64,000 nucleotides of DNA from Fidelibacterota bacterium (GCA_018649625.1 JABIHN010000018.1:4106-68105); one strand, 5' to 3'; numbered from the stretch's first letter, positions 18,042-27,239 are shown. A program made the numbers and translations. The notes: a model not told the origin generated them from the sequence alone.

Positions 18042-19778
18042 ATGGATGAATCTCATTTAAAGCAAGTTCTTACTCAAATAGACGGTATGGGATACAAATC
18101 TTATAAAGAGATTCAAGGGAAATATATATATAAGGATTTTGAACTTTTCATAGATCATGTTCAAGGCGACCCTTTTGCTCATCCTTCAAAAATTCGTCTA
18201 CGAGTTCAACAAAAAATCGCAAAAATCCCAGATAATCTTTGGGTGAATTCAACCAGGAAATTAGCATTGGAAGATTTTATGGCTCGTAATGTTCGAGAAG
18301 CTATTCATTCAATAAATACACAAAAAAAAGGATCGGGAAAAAGTGGTTTAATTTTCATTGACGCTGGAAATCAAGAAGTTATAGAACGAACTGCATTTGT
18401 CATTACAAAAGATTGGATTGAAGCGCGTATTCAAGTTGGCCTTCCAGCCAATGGTAGAACAATTTTGGGACTAGAAGCAATCAAAATACTATGTAATAAA
18501 ATTCCGAAAATTATTGAACAATCTTTTAAATGGAAAAATTTAGACCAAAATACCTGCATTCAATTTGTGGATTGTATTGAGAATCAAGAACACCTTCGTA
18601 ATCAGTTGGTATTACAAGGATTAGTAGCATTTATTGCTAATGGTTCTATTTTACCTAGAGCATCTGGTATTAGTAATCGACCTTTAAACAGTGAAAATGT
18701 TATTGAATTTCAATCACCGAAATCACTTGAAACATCATTTGAATTGAAAAATCCACTCTCTGATGGTAAAACTGTTATTCATGGAATGGGCATTCCAAAA
18801 GGTGTCATTTTAATTGTTGGGGGCGGATATCACGGCAAATCTACTTTATTAAAAGCATTGGAGAGATGCGTTTATCCTCACGTTCCGGGAGATGGACGAG
18901 AGTATGTTATTACAAATCCGGATGCTGTAAAAATTCGAGCTGAAGATGGGCGCCGAATTGAAAAAGTGAATATTGATTCCTTCATCACCAATCTGCCCCA
19001 AGGTGTCAGAACAGATTCATTTTGTACTGATGATGCAAGCGGGAGTACAAGTCAAGCTGCAAACATAATTGAAGCGATAGAAGTTGGTTGCAATTTTCTT
19101 TTATTGGATGAAGATACATCTGCTGCAAATTTTATGATTCGAGATGCACGGATGCAACAATTAGTTCAAATTAATGATGAACCTATTACTCCTTTTGTGG
19201 ATCGTATTAGAGAACTATATGAAGTTCAAAATGTGTCTACAATTTTAGTCATGGGAGGGTCCGGTGATTATTTTGATGTAGCTGATACTGTGATTAAAAT
19301 GAAGGATTATTTGCCATATGACGTGAGTACAGAAACAAAAATGATTGTGAAAGCTTATCCAAGTAAAAGACAAGTTGAATCTATCAAACCGATAGAAACA
19401 AATGCTGTACGAATTCCATCATCTACATGTTTCAAAGCGAGACGTGGTACAAAAGAAGTGAAGATTGATACGCAAGGAAATGATAAAATTATTTATGGAA
19501 ATGAGACCATTGACCTTCGATTTGTGGATCAATTGGTAGAAAATAGCCAGATTCGTGCAGTTGGGCATGCGATTTATTTGGCTTCTCAGTTCATGATGCG
19601 AGATTGTGAGACTTTAAAAGAAATTATAAAAGGTTTAGATGATTATTTTGATAAAAACGGTCTAGATTCTCTAGACCCATTTTATGAAAAAGAAAAACAT
19701 CCTGGGAATTTTTCTAGACCTCGTAAATATGAAATTGCAGCAACCATCAATCGAATGAGAACTTTAACAATAAATTAA
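18042..19778 (+). CDS. ABC_ATPase-family protein (predicted ATPase of the ABC class, uncharacterised)
   Basis: N-terminal GMGYKSYKEIQGKY..F.L.IDHVQGDPFAHPS, Walker A-like GGGYHGKST and D-loop LLLDEDTSAANFM match that family as I recall it. ATG 18042 is preferred over the track start at 18030. Confidence 0.7.
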   Translation: MDESHLKQVLTQIDGMGYKSYKEIQGKYIYKDFELFIDHVQGDPFAHPSKIRLRVQQKIAKIPDNLWVNSTRKLALEDFMARNVREAIHSINTQKKGSGKSGLIFIDAGNQEVIERTAFVITKDWIEARIQVGLPANGRTILGLEAIKILCNKIPKIIEQSFKWKNLDQNTCIQFVDCIENQEHLRNQLVLQGLVAFIANGSILPRASGISNRPLNSENVIEFQSPKSLETSFELKNPLSDGKTVIHGMGIPKGVILIVGGGYHGKSTLLKALERCVYPHVPGDGREYVITNPDAVKIRAEDGRRIEKVNIDSFITNLPQGVRTDSFCTDDASGSTSQAANIIEAIEVGCNFLLLDEDTSAANFMIRDARMQQLVQINDEPITPFVDRIRELYEVQNVSTILVMGGSGDYFDVADTVIKMKDYLPYDVSTETKMIVKAYPSKRQVESIKPIETNAVRIPSSTCFKARRGTKEVKIDTQGNDKIIYGNETIDLRFVDQLVENSQIRAVGHAIYLASQFMMRDCETLKEIIKGLDDYFDKNGLDSLDPFYEKEKHPGNFSRPRKYEIAATINRMRTLTIN

Positions 19779-19835
19779 AAATGATTGGAGTCTTTAATTT
19801 TTTACTTTTCACTGAAATTATTATGATGAATACTA

Positions 19836-21692
19836 ATGGATAATCCTGCTTTAACAATTGGTCTTGCCATGGCTCTTGGCATGATTTCTCAAGTAACCGC
19901 TCGCCACATTCGGCTTCCAGGAATTGTGGTTCTTCTTGGTGCTGGTTTTTTATTTGGCCCAGATGGATTAAATTGGGTTCGGACTGGTTCATTGGGGCCA
20001 TCTTTGCATATCATTGTGGGATTTGCTGTTGCTGTTATATTATTTGAAGGAGGTATGAATCTTCGTTTTAGCCGTATCAAACGAGAACAAAATACGATTC
20101 AAGGTCTTATTACTTTAGGCGCATTCATTACTTTTTTAGGTGGAACTTTGGCGTCTCTATTTTTTCTAGGTTGGGATTTGAGAACATCCATTTTATTTGG
20201 TACTATAATTATTGTCACAGGTCCAACTGTGATTTCGCCCTTATTAAAAAGAGTACGAATCCATCATGGTGTTAGCACTGTTTTAGAAGCAGAAGGTATC
20301 CTATTAGATGCTATTGGTGCAATTGTTGCAGTAGTAGCCTTAGAAATTGCCATTAGCCCGTCAGGCCTTTCATTTATTAAAGGGCTCTTCCATATTGTAT
20401 CGCGACTTGCAGTAGGTGCCACCCTAGGGTTAATAGGTGGTGGGGTTTTAATGCTTTTATTTCGAATTCGAAAACTCATTCCCGAAGGATTGGAGAATGT
20501 ATTTATTTTAAGTTGGGTATTTGCACTTTTTCAAATTTCCAATACGGTTAGTCCCGAAAGTGGTATTGCAGCTGTCACTGTTGCAGGAATGACATTGGGA
20601 AATTCTAAAATATATATCCATCGAGAGTTATTAGAATTCAAAGAGCAATTAACTGTACTCATGATTGGAATGCTCTTTATTATTCTTGCTGCAGACGTTC
20701 GAATTTCTGACATCCAACTTTTAGGATGGCAAGGCGTTTGGACGGTTCTTTTTCTTATGTTCATCATAAGACCGTTATCCGTGTTTTTGTCCACAGGTAA
20801 AACAGACTTAGAAAGGCGACATAAATTACTTTTGTCATGGATAGCTCCACGTGGAATTGTTGCGGCGGCTGTAGCATCTTTATTTGCATTTGAATTGAAT
20901 TTACATGGGTATGATGGAAGCCAACTTCGTGCGTTGGTATTTTTACTGATAATAATGACAGTACTCGCTGCTGGATTAACAGGTGGTTGGGTTGCATCTA
21001 TATTAGATTTAAGAAGAAAAAGTGAATCTGGCTGGATTATTTTAGGGGCTCATGAAGTAGCTAGGCTCCTGGCGCGATTACTGAAACAAGGTGGAAATGA
21101 AGTTATTTGTATTGATGAGAACCCAAAATCCTGTCGTTTAGCTGAGAATGAAGGAATTAAAGTGTTTTATGGAAATGCTCTAGGAGACCGGACATTACAG
21201 CGTGCAGAACCGGATAGCCGGAAGGGAATTATAGCGCTGAGTGGAAATGAAGAAGTGAATTTTATTTTTTCTCAACGGGTTAAGCATTACCGAAAAGAAA
21301 TGATTATTTTGACTGGTATAAAAATAAATGATGAAGGAATTACATCAAAAATGATTGCTGATACAGGTGGACGTATTCCATTTGGAAGAGCTGTTGACAT
21401 AGATATGTGGTCAATTTGGATTCGAAAAGGTTTAACAAAATATTCATCTTATAAAGTGGGAGAAAACACGAATATTGATTTTTCAGATGAAACAATTATT
21501 GGATTACTTTTACCTTTAGTATCAATTCGTAACAATTCAACAAGTCCAATTGACGATTATTTTAAGATTAAATCAGGCGATATAATCACTTTTTTAATCA
21601 ATACTCAAAAAGAAGAAGATGCAAATGAGTGGTTAAAGGAAAAAGGATTTAAATCGGGACCTGTTGCAAGACCTGGATTATCACTCTTTTAA
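19836..21692 (+). CDS. Cation:proton antiporter (CPA1/NhaP-like) with C-terminal RCK (TrkA-N/TrkA-C) domains
   Basis: 618 aa. About 12 TM helices including WIAPRGIVAAAVAS. A cytoplasmic tail follows, with GAHEVARLLARLLKQGGNEVICID (Rossmann-like RCK_N) and a TrkA-C-like end. Confidence 0.85.
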   Translation: MDNPALTIGLAMALGMISQVTARHIRLPGIVVLLGAGFLFGPDGLNWVRTGSLGPSLHIIVGFAVAVILFEGGMNLRFSRIKREQNTIQGLITLGAFITFLGGTLASLFFLGWDLRTSILFGTIIIVTGPTVISPLLKRVRIHHGVSTVLEAEGILLDAIGAIVAVVALEIAISPSGLSFIKGLFHIVSRLAVGATLGLIGGGVLMLLFRIRKLIPEGLENVFILSWVFALFQISNTVSPESGIAAVTVAGMTLGNSKIYIHRELLEFKEQLTVLMIGMLFIILAADVRISDIQLLGWQGVWTVLFLMFIIRPLSVFLSTGKTDLERRHKLLLSWIAPRGIVAAAVASLFAFELNLHGYDGSQLRALVFLLIIMTVLAAGLTGGWVASILDLRRKSESGWIILGAHEVARLLARLLKQGGNEVICIDENPKSCRLAENEGIKVFYGNALGDRTLQRAEPDSRKGIIALSGNEEVNFIFSQRVKHYRKEMIILTGIKINDEGITSKMIADTGGRIPFGRAVDIDMWSIWIRKGLTKYSSYKVGENTNIDFSDETIIGLLLPLVSIRNNSTSPIDDYFKIKSGDIITFLINTQKEEDANEWLKEKGFKSGPVARPGLSLF

Positions 21693-21720
21693 TTACTCAC
21701 TTATTACAAGAATAATGGGT

Positions 21721-21767
21721 GGGGTATAATCCATTAAGAGGTAAGTAAGGTTAATGAATCATACCCC
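21721..21767 (+). other. 47-nt imperfect hairpin immediately after the antiporter gene
   Basis: GGGGTATAATCCATTAA-(13-nt loop)-TTAATGAATCATACCCC, with 15 of 17 positions paired. No U-tract follows. Confidence 0.4.
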
Positions 21768-22113
21768 GGTCTCTACAAACCAAACGTACACAAACCGATA
21801 CGTATTATTAAATATACGTTTTAGTAGATTTTCTCCTTAACGTAATTTTTACCATAGTGAGCCATGTCACAATCGCGTTTTGCCGAAAATTTAGGATAAT
21901 ACACTATATAATTATTATGAAAAATAGCAATTTGCTTTGAGTTGAATGGCAAAATAGTAATAATGAACCACTTATTTAAATTCATTCTCTTATTTGCATA
22001 GAAGAAAATATTTATTAGTTTCCCGCCCTTAATCGTCCTACAAACACTAATAATACATACTTTTAGAAAAGACGATTTGATTTTTTATTAATCTTAACAA
22101 CAAGGATATAACA

Positions 22114-22290
22114 ATGTCTAAAACAAATACACTAGCCGATCAAATTAAAGGTCACTTCGCTGAATTCACCGATAATCATGATAAGAACATGAACGGAAAC
22201 AAAGCAGCAGGTAGCCGAGCTCGTAAAGCTGTTGGCGAAATTAAGAAACTTGTAACTGATTATCGTAAATCTTCAGTTGCTGGTGAGTAA
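22114..22290 (+). CDS. Histone H1-like small basic protein (Bacteroidetes-type)
   Basis: 58-codon ORF, below the track cutoff: MSKTNTLADQIKGHFAEFTDNHDKNMNGNKAAGSRARKAVGEIKKLVTDYRKSSVAGE. The core GNKAAG.RARKA...IKKL....R matches small proteins annotated as histone H1 in FCB bacteria (from memory). A strong terminator follows. Confidence 0.65.
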   Translation: MSKTNTLADQIKGHFAEFTDNHDKNMNGNKAAGSRARKAVGEIKKLVTDYRKSSVAGE

Positions 22291-22316
22291 TTAGTTCAAT
22301 CACTGATTGACTAATA

Positions 22317-22356
22317 AAAGCCCTCGCATTTTGGTATGTGGGGGCTTTTTATTTTT
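22317..22356 (+). terminator. Rho-independent terminator of the histone-like gene
   Basis: GCCCTCGCA (22320-22328) pairs with TGTGGGGGC (22337-22345), including two G-U pairs. The loop is 8 nt, followed by TTTTTATTTTT. Confidence 0.75.
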
Positions 22357-22370
22357 AAGCTCAATGAAAG

Positions 22371-23078
22371 ATGTTTAAATATCCAAATTTTTTAATATTA
22401 CAAAATAAATTATTCTTAATTACGATTCCTCGTATTGTTGTAACGGCATTTGTTATTCTTCAAGCGCTTGGTATGTTGGTTTACTCCGGAGGTAGTCTTC
22501 ATAATAAGACTGCTGTTGGATATTCATTTACCCGAAATTTCTTTTCAGATTTAGGTCTTAATCGTGCATATAATGGAGATTTAAATTTTTTGTCGATGGC
22601 ACTTTTTACAATTAGCCTAATATTTGTAGGCTTGGCTTTTATGTTTTACTATTCTGCAATATTACAGTTTTTTAAAAAAGATTTAATAAATTATAGACTT
22701 TCTATTGTTGGATCTATTTTCGCTATTGGAGGGAGTATCGCATTAATCGGTACGGGAGTTACACCAGCCGATTTAGTTTTGGATATTCACATTTTTTTTG
22801 CGAATAGTATTTTTAAATGTTTTATGGTTACATCGTTTTGTTACACCATCGTAATTTATCGTTCAAATATTCTTGAGAAAAAATATGCATTGGGGTATGG
22901 GATATTTTTTCTATTAATTACATTATATGTGGGTGTTTTAGAGTTTGCTCCACCGGCAAGATTAAGTGAAACGTCACTTATGTTTCAGGTTGTGACTCAA
23001 AAGTTAATTGTCCTGACATTTTGCTTATCTATCGTTTATCAGACATTTGGATTTTCTAAATCGTCAATTTTTGACTGA
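22371..23078 (+). CDS. Polytopic membrane protein of unknown function (DUF998-like?)
   Basis: 235 aa with about 6 hydrophobic helices and no catalytic motif that I recognise. Confidence 0.6.
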   Translation: MFKYPNFLILQNKLFLITIPRIVVTAFVILQALGMLVYSGGSLHNKTAVGYSFTRNFFSDLGLNRAYNGDLNFLSMALFTISLIFVGLAFMFYYSAILQFFKKDLINYRLSIVGSIFAIGGSIALIGTGVTPADLVLDIHIFFANSIFKCFMVTSFCYTIVIYRSNILEKKYALGYGIFFLLITLYVGVLEFAPPARLSETSLMFQVVTQKLIVLTFCLSIVYQTFGFSKSSIFD

Positions 23079-23083
23079 TTTAA

Positions 23084-24199
23084 TTATTTAGTTTGGTTAG
23101 AATGCTCGGGGTCATCAGGATCTAAAAATCGAATTTTTTGAATTGTTTTATAATTTGCCCAATTAAAATTATCATGGGTTATTGTTTCAACCTTGTGTCC
23201 ATTTTTATGAATGAAAATTTTATTTTTTGTCAGATTTGAATTTTCAATAGTCATATCCGAAAGTTGATCATATAATTGTATCATTGCTTGTTCACTTTTG
23301 AGTATGGAATTTTTTTCATCCTTTCCCAATATTTTCAAATATGGATGTTTAGAAATACTTTTGTATTTTATATTCAAATCAAATATTTGCTTAATATCAT
23401 CTTGAGTATATCCTAAATATTTTTCAAAAGCATCAGCACCATTCATGTTTGTAAACTTTCGTCCTACGGCATCAGATTTAATATAGACTTGGCTTTCAAT
23501 GATAAAATGAAAGTCTTTATTATTAGGCTCCTTTACACCTTTTTTCACCAATCCTTTTTCCAATGCATAGCGAGTTAAATTGACAGCATCATGAATCTCT
23601 AATTTATCCATAATATTTTGTCGATGTTTATTTACAGTTCTCTCACTAATAAATAATTGTTCAGAAATATTTTTGGAGCTATTGCCATTAGCCAAATGAA
23701 TGAGAACTTGCTTTTCTCGTGGAGATAATGATTCTAATTTAGATTCATTCTGATTTCCTCCATTTAACTTATCTCTTGCAGCCTTAAGTACAATGTCTGC
23801 AATAGAAGGGCTAAAAAATGTTTTTCCTGCATGAACATCACGAACAGCATCAATTAAAGTATTGGTATCGCTTTGTTTCAATAGGTATCCGTGTACACCA
23901 GATTTAATTGCGCTTAAAACGTAAGCTTCATCAGAATACATAGATAATAAAATGATTTTAATATTATCTAGTTGTTTTAGAACTTTTTTTGCTACATCTA
24001 ATCCATTTATTTTAGGCATACTGATATCTAAAAGAGCAACATCAGGTTTTAAGTCTAAAATTAGTTTTATGGCATCCATTCCATTTTCAGCTTCACTGAT
24101 TACATGGATATCATCTTGGCTTTCTAATATCATTTTTAATCCGCTACGAACAACGCCATGATCATCAGCAATAAACACTTTAATAGTTTTTTTAGTCAT
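23084..24199 (-). CDS. Response regulator, NarL/FixJ type (REC + LuxR HTH) with an extra ~150-aa C-terminal PAS-like extension
   Basis: REC domain: IKVFIADDHGVVRSGL...DVALLDISMP. HTH: LSPREKQVLIHLANGNSSKNISEQLFISERTVNKHRQNIMDKL. Residues after ~220 (…GADAFEKYLGYTQDDIKQIF…IFIHKNGHKVET…) resemble a PAS fold. Confidence 0.85.
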   Translation of the reverse strand: MTKKTIKVFIADDHGVVRSGLKMILESQDDIHVISEAENGMDAIKLILDLKPDVALLDISMPKINGLDVAKKVLKQLDNIKIILLSMYSDEAYVLSAIKSGVHGYLLKQSDTNTLIDAVRDVHAGKTFFSPSIADIVLKAARDKLNGGNQNESKLESLSPREKQVLIHLANGNSSKNISEQLFISERTVNKHRQNIMDKLEIHDAVNLTRYALEKGLVKKGVKEPNNKDFHFIIESQVYIKSDAVGRKFTNMNGADAFEKYLGYTQDDIKQIFDLNIKYKSISKHPYLKILGKDEKNSILKSEQAMIQLYDQLSDMTIENSNLTKNKIFIHKNGHKVETITHDNFNWANYKTIQKIRFLDPDDPEHSNQTK

Positions 24200-24213
24200 A
24201 TAATTAGTTTCAT

Positions 24214-26190
24214 TTATATTGGTATGCTTACAAGAATGGTGACACCTTGTCCGAAATTTGAAATAATTTCAAATGTTCCCTTTACATTATTAACCCGTTC
24301 TTTCATTCCAAGGATTCCTAATCCGGAGATTGGAGTTGGAATAATTTTTCCAGTTTCAAATCCTTTACCATCATCTTGGATTTTGAGTTGAATTGAATCA
24401 GTATCGAAAAGTAGCGAAACATTTATTTCATTGGCATCTGAATGCTTTGCTGCATTGGTTAATCCTTCTTGAAATATACGATATAGACTTGTGCGTATCT
24501 CACTGTTTTCAATTTGAATAGACTCAGCATTAATATTAATAGGTATTTTTGTCATGGTGGAAAAAGATCTACCATGCGCTTCCATAGCTGGAATTAATCC
24601 TAAGTCATCTAAAATGGATGGTCGTAGGTTAAATGAGAATTGATGTATTGTTTCGATTGCCTCGGACATTACAGCTTGGCACGTTCTGATATTATTTTCT
24701 AATTCTGAATCATGACTTTTTTGATTTTGTACTATATGTTGAAGGTTAATATTAACTGCGGCTAAAGATTGTCCGATTTCATCGTGCAGCTCCCGACTTA
24801 GTTTTGTTCTTTCATCTTCTTGCGCTTGAATGAGTGCACTAGATAATGAACGAATTGCTTTTGTTCTGTTAATAATTTGGATCTCCAACTTTTCTTTCAT
24901 CTCTTTAGTTTCCATATGATATTCAATAAATTCATTAAATGCCACGATGGTTACAATTCCAGTAAATAAAAGAAAACCAAATACGTTAAAATGTTGAAAA
25001 CTGAAAAACATAATACTGGAAAATATATCAATTCCTAAAAATATAAATAATATAATCATTCCAAAAAACAGACTCCCAACCACAGTCCCAGTATAAAGCT
25101 TAATGTGTGTTAATTGCAATTTGGAAGACGCCATTTTTTGTTTGAATTCACGGGATATTTGGTAGGTCAAAAATGACATTGGAATAATAATTGTGAATTG
25201 CCATACTCGTAGTAAATCATTAATAAAAGAGATTGGCGCAATAAGAGTACATATAGAAATAATCAAATAGAATATCAATATTATCTTGTAAGGATTTTTT
25301 ATTTGATTAAATAGAAGTCTTTGAATAAAACCAATAAAGAAAAAAGATGATATAAATATGGAAAAATATTCCATTCGGAATGAAAACAATCCCCATTCTT
25401 GAATGATAGTTAAGTAATCAACACGACTTAAGTTATATCCTGCAATTGCGAAAGCCCATCCAGTGAAATAAAGATAATTTGTTTTATTTGGAATACGTAA
25501 AAACATATATAGCCAAAACGTTCCTATATTTACATAAAACCAAACTAATCCATATTGATATAAACGTAAGGAGCGATTATTTAAATTTTTTAGAGAAGTT
25601 ATCAGGTAAGGATTAGAATAATACATTCCTGTTCCCAAAAAATCGCGACTTCCTATTATGTGGATTACTAAATTATTTTCACCATCAATCAAGTTTTGGT
25701 TTGGAATGGGAATGTAAAGCCCTTTTCCTCTTTTAGGCTTAATAAGCTTTCCATTTTTAATTCCATAATTATGTTCTTCAACTAAGACGCCATTAAAAAA
25801 TATTTGCCAATTATAGGCGATACCAACTAGACCAATACCTATACCTTCATTTACATTGGCTTGAGCAGAATCTAAAATGATTGGGAATATAAAAGTAAAT
25901 GATTCTGCAGGCCCAGCTTTCAGAGATAAAAATTTGTGTTCAGGTTTATTTGGTAAATCTAAATTTCTAATTGACAGTGATCTTTTTCCATCTAGTGAGC
26001 CCGGAATATGAGTCCACTCTGAATCAAAGACTGGAACTTTGTGGATCCACTCAGAAGAAAAACCTTCATGAATAAATACATCCAACTTTGAAAGATTAAT
26101 TGATTCAAATCCATCACCAAAGCAGGGTAGAACAAACAGGAAATAGATAGTGAATATTTTTATATATGATAGATGGAATATTTTAACCAT
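24214..26190 (-). CDS. Sensor histidine kinase, 7TMR-DISM type (extracellular domain + 7 TM + HisKA_3 + HATPase_c)
   Basis: 658 aa. A signal peptide and an extracytoplasmic domain of about 190 aa are followed by seven TM helices. H-box LSRELHDEIGQSL, N-box FQEGLTNAAKH, G-boxes DDGKGF and GLGILGMKERV. It lies 14 nt upstream of the regulator gene. Confidence 0.85.
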   Translation of the reverse strand: MVKIFHLSYIKIFTIYFLFVLPCFGDGFESINLSKLDVFIHEGFSSEWIHKVPVFDSEWTHIPGSLDGKRSLSIRNLDLPNKPEHKFLSLKAGPAESFTFIFPIILDSAQANVNEGIGIGLVGIAYNWQIFFNGVLVEEHNYGIKNGKLIKPKRGKGLYIPIPNQNLIDGENNLVIHIIGSRDFLGTGMYYSNPYLITSLKNLNNRSLRLYQYGLVWFYVNIGTFWLYMFLRIPNKTNYLYFTGWAFAIAGYNLSRVDYLTIIQEWGLFSFRMEYFSIFISSFFFIGFIQRLLFNQIKNPYKIILIFYLIISICTLIAPISFINDLLRVWQFTIIIPMSFLTYQISREFKQKMASSKLQLTHIKLYTGTVVGSLFFGMIILFIFLGIDIFSSIMFFSFQHFNVFGFLLFTGIVTIVAFNEFIEYHMETKEMKEKLEIQIINRTKAIRSLSSALIQAQEDERTKLSRELHDEIGQSLAAVNINLQHIVQNQKSHDSELENNIRTCQAVMSEAIETIHQFSFNLRPSILDDLGLIPAMEAHGRSFSTMTKIPININAESIQIENSEIRTSLYRIFQEGLTNAAKHSDANEINVSLLFDTDSIQLKIQDDGKGFETGKIIPTPISGLGILGMKERVNNVKGTFEIISNFGQGVTILVSIPI

Positions 26191-26498
26191 CTCTTAAATT
26201 AGGGGAAAAAGAAAAGAATAACTATAGTTCCAAATACAATTTTATTTAAAAAATAATTGATATTTTTTGAAAAAGAGTAACATTATTATTTCAATAAATT
26301 CGCTAAGTAATAATACTTAGTGATAATTACGTAATTCACCTTATTGTTTATAATGATAGGGGCAATCTAATTTTAAGCCATCCAATACAGTAATTGATAT
26401 GGTACATTGTGTTGGAACTCAAGACACGTTGGTGTTCGAATATTTTTTTTGTGTTTAGAAATACCCGCTAATTAGCGTGGTTATTTCTCCTCAAGGCA

Positions 26499-26528
26499 GG
26501 GGGAAACGAAAGTTTCCCCCATTTTTTT
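26499..26528 (+). terminator. Strong orphan rho-independent terminator (no annotated + strand gene upstream)
   Basis: GGGGGAAAC-GAAA-GTTTCCCCC followed by A+TTTTTTT. On the opposite strand no U-tract follows the stem. Confidence 0.75.
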
Positions 26529-26625
26529 ATATAAATGAAATCAATTCATTATTGGATCAAAAAAATAATTGTTCTGAATCTTTCAGTCGTGAATCTTTTG
26601 ACTTAAATTTGTTATAACGCAAATT

Positions 26626-27219
26626 ATGATCCATCATTCAAATCTTTCTCATACATTTTTTCCAAATATATCTGAACAATGTCGGTTAGAAATCTTAGCC
26701 GATTTAAACTCAAATATAACAAAGGCTGAAAAATCTCATTTCATTAATAGAAGATGGGAAAATTTGTACCTTCATCCAAATGATGTAAAAGGTGTAAAAT
26801 CAATTTTTCAAATTGCATCCAAACTTGCAAAAAATATTTACGGAAAATCTTTGATAGTTCCACATCAAGGATATGGTATTTCTTTTGATGAATTCTGGTT
26901 TAATGTTGCAAAGCCTGGAGAAGAAACAGGCTGGCATAATCATAAAAAAAACGCAGTGGTTTCGGGCGTATATTATTTAGATATCCCTATAGATTCAGGA
27001 GATATTCAATTTCGTAAAAAAGAGAAAGATGAATGGGTATATTGGACAGAACAGTCAAAAACAGGGAAAATGATTCTATTTGATTCAAAATTAGAACATT
27101 CAGTTTCAAAAAATAAGAGTGGTAGAAATCGAATTTCTATAGCATTTAATCTCTATGCGTTGCCTTTAAAAATTGAAATTGATTCAAATCAGTATTCACT
27201 TAATAAATTCTTTTCTTGA
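26626..27219 (+). CDS. 2OG-Fe(II) oxygenase superfamily protein (TIGR02466 / 2OG-FeII_Oxy_5-like)
   Basis: 197 aa. GWHNH...SGVYYL...GDIQF...GKMILFDSKLEHSV..N.S...RISIAFN fits the H-x-(D/H)...H jelly-roll pattern of that family. Confidence 0.7.
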   Translation: MIHHSNLSHTFFPNISEQCRLEILADLNSNITKAEKSHFINRRWENLYLHPNDVKGVKSIFQIASKLAKNIYGKSLIVPHQGYGISFDEFWFNVAKPGEETGWHNHKKNAVVSGVYYLDIPIDSGDIQFRKKEKDEWVYWTEQSKTGKMILFDSKLEHSVSKNKSGRNRISIAFNLYALPLKIEIDSNQYSLNKFFS

Positions 27220-27239
27220 ATAGGTATAGGGAATAATAC

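Noticed and set aside
26303-26320. Inverted heptamers CTAAGTA-ataa-TACTTAG, resembling NarL-type heptamers, upstream of the kinase/regulator operon as an autoregulatory site.
   Set aside because: The half-site orientation and 4-bp spacer differ from the classical 7-2-7 arrangement. Such 7-bp inverted repeats are common by chance here. I kept it only as a note.
26431-26441. GGTGTTCGAAT T-loop-like motif as part of a tRNA or tRNA-Sec gene.
   Set aside because: The flanking bases cannot form a T-stem, an acceptor stem or an anticodon arm.
26466-26477. Perfect 12-bp palindromes CGCTAATTAGCG (26466-26477) and AATTACGTAATT (26325-26336) as operators.
   Set aside because: By my rough estimate, some tens of perfect 12-bp palindromes are expected by chance in 64 kb of DNA this AT-rich. 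There is no second supporting feature.
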